From an uncultured Nitrososphaeraceae archaeon (GTDB taxonomy: Archaea > Thermoproteota > Nitrososphaeria > Nitrososphaerales > Nitrososphaeraceae): a stretch of DNA of 64,000 nucleotides. Where the stretch lies: NCBI GenBank assembly GCA_963729045.1, contig CAVSMN010000016.1, forward strand, positions 1 through 64,000, in the 5' to 3' direction. Under the pieces are notes generated by a model. The model did no database searches and had not been told where the DNA came from. It saw only the letters and a list, made by a program, of their open reading frames with translations. Within the stretch, counting starts at the first letter, position 1. Every line of letters begins with the position of its first letter. Shown here in pieces: positions 55,428 through 64,000 of the stretch. A program made the position numbers and the translations under genes.

Positions 55428-55823
55428 TTTTTCATCTTGCCCTCATAGCTTTGGATAATCTGTTCTATGGCTTTAATCTCATCTAAGCATTGTTCTTGAA
55501 ACTCGGGGTATAACCCTTCATTTTTTAAAGTTTCCAACCAACTATCCATTTTTTTAAAAAAAGAAATATAGTGTTTCAAGCTCTTTAGCAAAAGATTGAC
55601 TATTTTCTGGTGCATCCAGATTAGAGAAATAATTTAAAATTGTTAATTGAAAATGTAACCTATTTAGTCTCAGTTCAGCGAAGAATTTTCTGTAGTAAAT
55701 AATCCTTTCTTCCTTGGATTCTGAGATGATATTAGAAATGGATGGTAGTATGTTATTTCTCATAATTGGATATAAGAGGCGCACAAAATATATTTTATTA
55801 TCACTTTTACCAAAATTTCTCAT
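55424..55823 (-). CDS. Hypothetical protein (frameshift near 55560)
   Basis: ORFs 55554..55823 and 55424..55615 overlap at an A/T homopolymer tract. Confidence 0.55.
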
Positions 55824-55826
55824 ATT

Positions 55827-57226
55827 CTATTTTTGTTTAGAATTAAAAAAGGAGTTATCCCCTCCTTGTCTATGCTCTGTAAAATATTGACGCAATTGAT
55901 TTATCTTGTACTTTGAAGGCTTGACAAGCCCGCTACTCATACCAAGACCATATCCTAAAAGCCCGCCAACTATTGATATACTCATGATGATAAAGAAGTA
56001 GTCGCCAAATATTTGAGTGTATACTTTGACAACTACGTTCTGGTATACCAAATATCCATAGAGTTCTTCATTTAAAATGTAGGTATTGAGTGGGAAGCAA
56101 ATTGTAAATGAAAAAATCGCTAGGATTAAAGCATATAAAATATACATTTTTGGATTTACATATTTTTTCATCTTGGCCTTTGAATCCCATGAAGCTGGAT
56201 GGTGATGGTGGTGCATTCATTTTGGTAAATGTTTTCCTTACTTGTTTTTTGTTAATTAAATAAATTATCACAAATGGTATTATATTTAATATATAATACG
56301 ATGAATAGCCGAACAAAAATGGATTTGAGATGATCTGAGTTAAAAGCATGATTATTACATAAAAGCTTCCTACCAAAAGGGTCATTTCATCAAAATCTGG
56401 ATAATTTTTCAGTATTCTTATAAAAAAGCTAGAAAGCAAAAATGGGAACCCAAAACTATAGATCAAAAAGGCAATTAGTGGATCTGGGTTGTAATTGTAA
56501 AATTGAGTTTCTGAAAATGGTAGCGAAAAAAAATAGATAAATCCAGACAAAATCACTAAAATAATAGAAAGATTAAGAACGAGTTGAATTTTAAGAAGGG
56601 TGTAGTCCTTTCTTGTCCAGCAGATTGCTTGTATTATCTACTGTGCTTAAATTCTCATAATTATTTTTGTACTTATCCTGATAGTTTACTTCTTCCTCAT
56701 CAACAGATCTGCTCTTGTTTGATCTTTCGGTCTGGAGGAGGATTAAATTAATCAAATTATTTGTGATCCGAAGGTTGCCCAACCCAACCAACAACCATCC
56801 AGTCAATAATATAACATGGGGTGGACTAAGAAGACCATCCAAGCCAAACTTTAGGTGCCACGAGAAATCAAATGGTCCTGCTGCAAGAATTAAAACAGCA
56901 CCCATTAATATTAGGAAATTATCTTTTCTATGCTGATTTTTATTTAAGATGTTTTTTCCAAAATTAATAAAAAATATACTGATTACTATTAATATTCCAG
57001 TATATACCAAGGTGTGTGGATAGGAGAAGAAACTCTCAGGCTGGCTCAAAATATGGAACGTTATATCCCAACTGCCTCCCGAAAATGAGATAATTAGTCC
57101 AATTACGATGATTAAATTTTGATACCTATAAAGGATATCCCTAAAAACCTGAAGTGAAATAATTGACATCGTAAAACTTCCATTCACACAAGAATTTAAT
57201 GTAACCAATCCATTCCATAAGGTCAA
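55827..57226 (-). CDS. Polytopic membrane protein with two DxxxH(x12)H motifs (split into three ORFs)
   Basis: WDITFHILSQPESFFSYPH and FDFSWHLKFGLDGLLSPPH in 56591..57226; TM-rich continuation 56068..56556 and 55827..56216. Confidence 0.7.
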
Positions 57227-58932
57227 GTTCTCTTTTCTATTACTTTTACCACGTTGTCTATTCCCAGGTCTACAATGTAGTTCCCAAGCCTCGGACCCTT
57301 TTCTGCGTTTATTAAAATCATGTATAATAATCTAAAGATCTCTTTTGGTTGAAGATTGTTATTTTTTGCATTGTTAAAAATTATGGTTTGTATGTCTTGG
57401 GCCAAATCGTCGTCTTTAGTTTTAGCATCTTCGCTTCTGTTATTTACGGTTGATGCCAATGCAGATAACTCATTTCCTATTTTAAATATCACTTCTTTCT
57501 GAATACTGCTCATTACAACTTTTTCACCGGCTGTACTACCGTCGTCTTCACCATCACCTTCCGTCAAGCCGTTAAAATCTCCCACCCAATTTATTGCAAG
57601 GGTTATTTTATCAATCAGATCCTTTTTCTTGATGTCTTCTTCCTTTACCAGACGGTATTTCTTTAGCCTATCAAATATGGTTTTTTGTAGCAAGTCTGAT
57701 TCCCGGATTTGGTTCTTAAATAAATTTGCCTGCTGTATTAATATCCTATAAGGTATATGTATGGACGAGGAATCATCAGCAGGTGGATGGAGGTGATTGA
57801 TATATTCGTATACTCCTTTAATTTTCAATCGTTTGCTATCATTTGGTTCAATTATTTTCCCAAAGAAAATATCTTCGAATAAATCGTACTCATCCATGAG
57901 TGCAGGAATATCGTCAATACCAACATGTCTAGTTCCTGAGATTCTTTTGTATAGCAATAATAAAAGTGATTCAGGTGATCCGTATTTTAGCCACATCTGT
58001 GGAGTCAAGACATTTCCAGCGGATTTGCTTATTTTCTTGCCGCCTTTGTCTAAAAACATTTCATACTTTGCATGCAAAGGATGATTAAATTTTAAAACTT
58101 CATCAGATATCCAATCATTTATTTTTACAGAATCCATGATGTCTTTGCCAAAGGCTTCGAATTTAATGTCAAAGGCTTGCCATCTTGCTGCAAATTCAAC
58201 TTTCCAAGCTAATTTTCCATTTCCGCTATCTATTTTGACTTGACCGGTATGCCCACATCCTTGGATTATTTTTTTTCCAATCGTGTTACCGTTACACGAA
58301 TAAGTTACTGCTCTCTCATTTTCTAAATAATCAATGGAGTTGGCAACATAAAGTCTGTTACAATTTTCACAAATGGGAAAGTAAGGAAGAAATTTCAGGT
58401 ATTTTTGTTGGCCAGTAGATTCTGCAATCTTGTCACCAATTAATTTACTATTGGAAAGTATAATGTGAGTTTGCTCTGTTAGTATTCCACTTTTGTAGGT
58501 TTGTGTACCACTCTTAAAGGTGTACTTTATTCCTGCCGAATCTAACCCTTCTAATAATAAACTACTCATATGTTGACCGTATGAATCGTGACAATCACCA
58601 AAGGGATCGGGTATAGTAGATACTGGTTTACAAATGTGATTTTCCAGCCATTCGGGCAGGCCAGCTGGCACCTTTCTTAATCCATCTAAGTCATCTGAAA
58701 AGGCAATTAGTTCTGATGAATAACCGAGATTCTGCAGAGCTAAAGAAATCCCATAAGCTCTCACAGCATCCCCCATGCTACCAATATGGGGAATCCCGGA
58801 TGCTCCTAAACCACTTTCAACCTTGATGTTTTCTGTTGACCTACCGAGTTTTTTTTCTCGTTCGACTATTGTATAAGCAATTTTATCAATCCATGTTCCT
58901 TTTCCAATTATATTTTCAGGAGAACTACTCAT
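57223..58932 (-). CDS. lysS: Lysine--tRNA ligase, class I
   Basis: SGLGASGIPHIG, DDLDGLRKVP, GKLAWKVEFAARW, KISKSAGN, GPRLG. Confidence 0.95.
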   Translation of the reverse strand: MSSSPENIIGKGTWIDKIAYTIVEREKKLGRSTENIKVESGLGASGIPHIGSMGDAVRAYGISLALQNLGYSSELIAFSDDLDGLRKVPAGLPEWLENHICKPVSTIPDPFGDCHDSYGQHMSSLLLEGLDSAGIKYTFKSGTQTYKSGILTEQTHIILSNSKLIGDKIAESTGQQKYLKFLPYFPICENCNRLYVANSIDYLENERAVTYSCNGNTIGKKIIQGCGHTGQVKIDSGNGKLAWKVEFAARWQAFDIKFEAFGKDIMDSVKINDWISDEVLKFNHPLHAKYEMFLDKGGKKISKSAGNVLTPQMWLKYGSPESLLLLLYKRISGTRHVGIDDIPALMDEYDLFEDIFFGKIIEPNDSKRLKIKGVYEYINHLHPPADDSSSIHIPYRILIQQANLFKNQIRESDLLQKTIFDRLKKYRLVKEEDIKKKDLIDKITLAINWVGDFNGLTEGDGEDDGSTAGEKVVMSSIQKEVIFKIGNELSALASTVNNRSEDAKTKDDDLAQDIQTIIFNNAKNNNLQPKEIFRLLYMILINAEKGPRLGNYIVDLGIDNVVKVIEKRT

Positions 58933-58937
58933 ATATC

Positions 58938-60873
58938 CTATAATAATTTTGTAACATACGGACCATTATTAGTATATCCAAATTTCCTATAATAGTCTCG
59001 GGTTCCTACCGCACTTATTACTGAAATTTTTTTCAAACCATATTCTTCTCTGCAGATTCTTTCGGCTTCAGCTAATAAGCCTCGTCCTAGACCCTTGTGT
59101 TGATATTTAACTTGATTATTAGGAGCTAAACCACCATCACCATCACTAGCAGGAGGATTAAACATACTTTGAATTCTATCATTGCTATTATCACCATTCA
59201 TGAACATAATATCAGATTTAGTATTGATAGATACAGGTTGTCTCTTGGCAACTTGTTCGCCCACTTTTGCGACTGTCCCGTAAACATGTAGTTCTCGTAC
59301 AATTGCAGAAGTAAATGATTCGACTTTCAAATCTGTAGTATCGTTGTTACTTGGATCTTGATATAGTGTCTAACTCTGTTTGTAATTCTTTTCTTAGAGG
59401 ATCAGACATCATTCGTAGTCTGAGAAAACCTAAAAGGAGCATCCTATCCTTTAACTCAAAAGATAGGAAAATTTCTTTTCCCCTGGATGCATTATATTCT
59501 GTTCTAAACAACAAGATATCATCATTTGAAAATTCTATCTTCTTTTCATTTAGTCCTATTTCTCTACAACGTATACATTTGCACTTTACTCCTTGCCTTT
59601 TTAATTCTTCTAACACTAATTGCCTAATATTTCCCATTTTAGGACCTGATATGATGTCAGGAGCTTCTATTTCCCTCTGTATCCGCATTATCCTTACCCA
59701 TGGAGGGATAATTTTCTTTATCTCTACCAAAAGTTCTACCAATTCAGTTGTTGAATAACTTTTGTACTTTTGTTCTTTATACAATTTATAGAGTCCGGTG
59801 TTTCGTACTACGAGGGTGGGATAGATTTTTAGCATATCTGGTTTTAGTCTTTCATCCTCAAACAAAATCTTTGAATCATTCAAGTCTTGCTCATAAGAAG
59901 AGCCGGGTAAACCTGGCATCATATGAGCCCCAATTTTATAACCTGAATTCCGCGCCTCATAAAAAGCTCTATAGACATCTTGGATAGTGTGACCTCGATT
60001 AATCAATTTAAAAACGGTATCATTTAGTGATTGGACTCCTAGTTCAATTCTAGTTGTTCCAAGTTCCAGCATCAAATTGATATGATCCATTTTGCAATAG
60101 TCCGGTTTTGTTTCAATGGTGAGTCCAACACACCTTACAAAGGCGGTTTCATTTTGTTCCTTAGCCTTATTAAGTGATAGTAAGAGCGAGTTCGACTTCG
60201 ATCCAAATATTCTATTCTCTAGAGAACTATCTGTCGAAAGGATCATGTTCTCATCCAATTTACTTGAATATTCGAAGGGTGCTTGGATTGGAGAATCTAT
60301 ATCCATATGTTTGATAGAATTAAGAGCATCATAACATCTTTTAATAAAATAAATTTGGTAATCCTTAGGATAAAATGGAAACGTTCCCCCAACTATTACT
60401 AATTCTGCTTTACTAACTTCATGACCGCCTTCCATCAATTGCATTATCTTATAACGAACCTGTTCATAAGAATCATATTTTACTCTTTGAGCAAATTTGG
60501 TAGAAGGTTCAGTACCTATATAACTAAGGGGAGTATCGTATTCCTTCCCACCAGGACAGTATATACATTTCCCGTGAGGACAATCGTAAGGCATTGGCAT
60601 AACTGTGATGACTGCGATTCCTGATTGAGTTTTTACAGGCTTTTTCCTTAAAAGTTTTTTATATTGACTGGTGATAGGGATGTACCGGTTTATTTCAGCA
60701 TATTTTGGGATACTAGGTAATTTGTACTGAGAGGATTTTGATTTTATTAGCTTATTGATCTCACTTAAATTCATTAAATTACTATTATCCTTCCTAGATA
60801 AGATATCATTAGCTATTTCTTTGCATATCTGCTGATATTGGTTAATCATCTTTAGCATTATATCGAGACGCAT
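58938..60873 (-). CDS. elp3: Elp3 tRNA uridine(34) acetyltransferase, radical SAM plus GNAT (frameshift near 59345)
   Basis: [38 protein letters not shown] and QHKGLG in 58938..59330. Confidence 0.93.
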
Positions 60874-61238
60874 TTACAAACAATCTAGCGAATGTCCCTC
60901 TGAAAATCTATCTATTACCTCGACTAAATATCTCTTCCTACTTTTTATGAAAAATTTTCCTTTAATTTGCAAGAAATTATGCTCATACCCTGGAGGAGTG
61001 GCAAGAGAAAATCTAGGTGCAAATTTATTAAAAAAACCAGTATATTTCCTAATTTCTGTCTACTATCTAATCAGGGTCCAAAATCACAGGCTAAAATGGC
61101 AAATTATTTGAAAATCATTTCGATATATTTAATTCTCTAATCAAAATAATGAAACTAGGTTACTATAGAGGTAATACTGTTTATTAATTGTTCAATCTAC
61201 TAGTATTTACTAAGCCGATTTTCAAAATCAAACAAGAT

Positions 61239-62364
61239 TTAACAAATATAATGGGACAATAAATATTTTTTATTTATATTTGGACTGCTATCGTTTCCCT
61301 TATCATTTGATGATTTAATAAATGAATTACCCTTTCCATTTCTCCTAATACTCCCAATTATGCTGGCTTTCATTCTTTCAATATTAATGGTATCAATTAT
61401 TTCATCCGCTGATTCTCTTGCTGCAATAATACAAAATCCTATTCCCATATTAAAGGTCCTATACATTTCCCTTTCTGAAATATTCCCATCCGCCATAATT
61501 TGTTTAAATATCCCATCAATAGCAGGCAAATTATCTAAAGCATAATCAACACGTTTATTCAATCTTTTTAGCTTTGTAAATGCACCTCCTGTGATATGCG
61601 CAAGCCCATGTATTCTTGTTCCAAATTTTTCTACGATTTTTAGGATAACATTTGAATATATAGCAGTAGGTGTTAACAGTTCAGCTCCTATTGATTTATT
61701 AATAAAATCAGGCTTATCGTTAATACTATGCTGTTTTAACAAGACTTCTCTTGCTAGCGTTAATCCATTAGAATGGATTCCAGAACTCTTTATTCCTATT
61801 ATTACGTCACCGGGTCGAATATTGTCCCCGAGTATCATTTTCTTCTTATTTTCTAATATCCCAAGAACCATTCCTGCAAGGTCAAAATTATGGTCTTTTT
61901 TTTGTCCAGTAATAATATCTGCAAGTATAGCTGTTTCCCCTCCAACTATTGCTATTTTTGACATATTAGCTCCCTTGACCAGGCCCTTAGTAATCTCCTT
62001 TAATAAATTATCATTAGTTTTTTCCAGAGCGACATAAGAAAGATATCCTACAGGAGTAGCTCCTAAACAAACGGTGTCATTAACATTCATAGCTATACAG
62101 TCGATACCAATTGTATTGTACTTATTCATGGCTTGAGCCACCAAAATCTTTGATCCCACGCCATCGGTGTGCAATGTCATTATATTTTTATTGAATTCGA
62201 TGAGTCCGGCATAGTGACCAAATCCAGAAATTACTTTACCTTTTTTTGGTAAAAGATGAGGTACTCATAATACTTTTCCCAATAGAATTTTGGATTGACT
62301 TTATTTTGTCAACGTCTATCCCAACATCACTATATTTGACATTGTTCTTGCTTGAGGACTTCAA
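61239..62364 (-). CDS. purM: Phosphoribosylformylglycinamidine cyclo-ligase (frameshift near 62260)
   Basis: YSDVGID upstream (TTG 62364), GFGHYAG, HTDGVGSK, GGETA, SSGIHSNG, HITGG, TFNMGIG. Confidence 0.93.
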
Positions 62365-62435
62365 CGATATGAATTAGAGAAATTTGATGGTCCTTATAAA
62401 TTTAAGAGCATGATATTTTCTAAACGAATTTAATA

Positions 62436-63623
62436 TTATGAAGTTGGTGGATTTTGAGTTTTCCTATTAATAAGACTAACATATTCACAACCCATCGGAC
62501 CACAATATCTACCAACATATACTGCCTTTGGCCTATAAAGAGCTGGCTTTGGAGCAGCCTCAGCAAATTTCTCTTCAATAATATGAGCATTCCATCCCGC
62601 TATTCTTGATATAGCAAATATCGGTGTATTTAGATCAATAGGAATTCCCAAAGTATAGTATAATGAGGCACTATACAAATCAACATTTGGATAAATCAGC
62701 ATTTTCTTTGTCTGATACATGATTCTCTTTGTGACTTCTTCAATTTTTTCGGTTATATCATACCATTTTGAATCTTTTTCTTTGGAAATAGCCCTAGATA
62801 GAGTTGCAAGGACTTCTGACCTTGGATCAGTTGTTCTATACACTGCATGGCCCATCCCCATGACTCTTGCACCTTTTGCGAGCCTTTCTTGGACCCATTT
62901 ATCAACATTATTTACATCGCCAATTTCAAGCAACATCTTCATCACTTGAATATTAGCTCCGCCATGGAGCTCCCCAGACAATGCACCCACCGCACCACCT
63001 ATGCTTGCATATATACTTGCACGCGTTGATGCTATTTCCCGAGCAGCAAAAGTTGAGGCATTAAAACTATGTTCAGCGTGTAATATTAAACTGATATCAA
63101 ATATTTTAGATATTTCATGCTTCGGGTGTTCTCCTCTTAGCATATATAAAAAATTATGTGCATGAGAATTATCATCTAGTGGCTCTACGACATCTTTGTT
63201 ATTTCTGACCCTATCCCATGCAGCAACTATAGTAGGGATCTTTGCGATTAATGATATAGCCCTTTCAATATTTGCATTTTTCCCTTCATCTAGCCTGTTG
63301 CGGTCATAATCCGCCAAGTCTAATATGGAAGATTGTAATACATCCATTGGATGTGCTGTAACAGGTTTATTTTTCATATTCTTGGTAACTGAATCAGGAA
63401 TTCTTCGTGACTCAGTCAATTTTGAGTTGAAATCATCAAGTTCCTCTTTTATAGGTAAATCTCCAAATAGCAAGAGGAACGCTGTTTCTTCATAAGTGGA
63501 ATGATTGGCTAGGTCAAGTATGTCATAACCCCTATAGATTAATTTTCCATTTTCACCATCGATAGAACATATTTTTGTGTCCGCTACTTCGATATTCCTT
63601 AAACCTATATTGCGTGTATCCAA
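62436..63623 (-). CDS. gltA: Citrate synthase
   Basis: LHAEHSFNASTF, LHGGAN, GMGHAVYRTTDPR, YPNVDLY. Confidence 0.95.
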   Translation of the reverse strand: MDTRNIGLRNIEVADTKICSIDGENGKLIYRGYDILDLANHSTYEETAFLLLFGDLPIKEELDDFNSKLTESRRIPDSVTKNMKNKPVTAHPMDVLQSSILDLADYDRNRLDEGKNANIERAISLIAKIPTIVAAWDRVRNNKDVVEPLDDNSHAHNFLYMLRGEHPKHEISKIFDISLILHAEHSFNASTFAAREIASTRASIYASIGGAVGALSGELHGGANIQVMKMLLEIGDVNNVDKWVQERLAKGARVMGMGHAVYRTTDPRSEVLATLSRAISKEKDSKWYDITEKIEEVTKRIMYQTKKMLIYPNVDLYSASLYYTLGIPIDLNTPIFAISRIAGWNAHIIEEKFAEAAPKPALYRPKAVYVGRYCGPMGCEYVSLINRKTQNPPTS

Positions 63624-63761
63624 TGACCTAAATTCTAATATTGATCCTGCATATTAAAATAATTCTATTAATTCAAAGCAGGTTTTTTTCTGATGGAATT
63701 TCATAATTGCTGTATAATCTGAGAATAATAACATGACAAAATTAATATAATATTTATAATA

Positions 63762-64000
63762 ATGACTTCAAATTCGATGAACTTTGAATCAATAAGCCAG
63801 GAAATCATGAATTTCATAAAAAAAGAAACAGAATCTAGAAAATCAAACGGAGTAGTTTTGGGAATCTCTGGAGGTATAGATTCCACAGTGCTTGCATTTT
63901 TAGCAACAAGAGCGATTGGGCCAGAAAATGTAAAGGGATTGATATTACCAGATGAAACTGTAACCCCAGCAAAGGATATCGAAGATGCTATTAGAATATG
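63762..64000 (+). CDS. nadE: NH3-dependent NAD+ synthetase, N-terminal part (partial)
   Basis: Manual translation: ...[34 protein letters not shown]... Confidence 0.88.
   Translation, partial: MTSNSMNFESISQEIMNFIKKETESRKSNGVVLGISGGIDSTVLAFLATRAIGPENVKGLILPDETVTPAKDIEDAIRI

Noticed and set aside
56195..56216. Natural N-terminal His tag MHHHHHP
   Set aside because: Probably an off-frame reading of NAPPSPSS at a frameshift junction; the true frame cannot be fixed from this sequence
339..63886. Numerous 60-150 aa ORFs antisense to or nested in confident genes
   Set aside because: No motifs and fully overlapping better-supported CDSs

Overview
AT-rich archaeal chromosome segment. Gene content (class I LysRS, archaeal LeuRS and EF-2, half-size heme A synthase, many small secreted proteins) points to a soil ammonia-oxidising archaeon of the Nitrososphaeraceae, plausibly Ca. 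Nitrosocosmicus; this is inference, no search was run. Housekeeping genes lie at both ends (fusA 3' end and leuS on the left; lysS, elp3, purM, citrate synthase and nadE 5' end on the right) around an accessory-rich middle. Single-base frameshifts hit many genes, including essential ones, so the assembly probably carries indel errors and split ORFs were merged. Three main candidates for undescribed biology: (1) five dispersed copies of a small secreted Gln/Asn-ladder protein with a co-varying Cx9C pair, resembling a functional-amyloid or fibre subunit; three share an identical 23-bp upstream element at identical spacing and two bracket a tandem-Ig adhesin. (2) A dispersed archaeal ebo-like gene set (EboB-like TatD, EboC-like UbiA prenyltransferase, EboF-like phosphodiesterase, two sugar isomerase/epimerase TIM barrels, Zn-dehydrogenase) suggesting prenylated cyclitol synthesis. 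(3) A membrane protein downstream of lysS with two AmoC/PmoC-style DxxxH(x12)H motifs. No rRNA, tRNA, CRISPR array or transposase was recognised.
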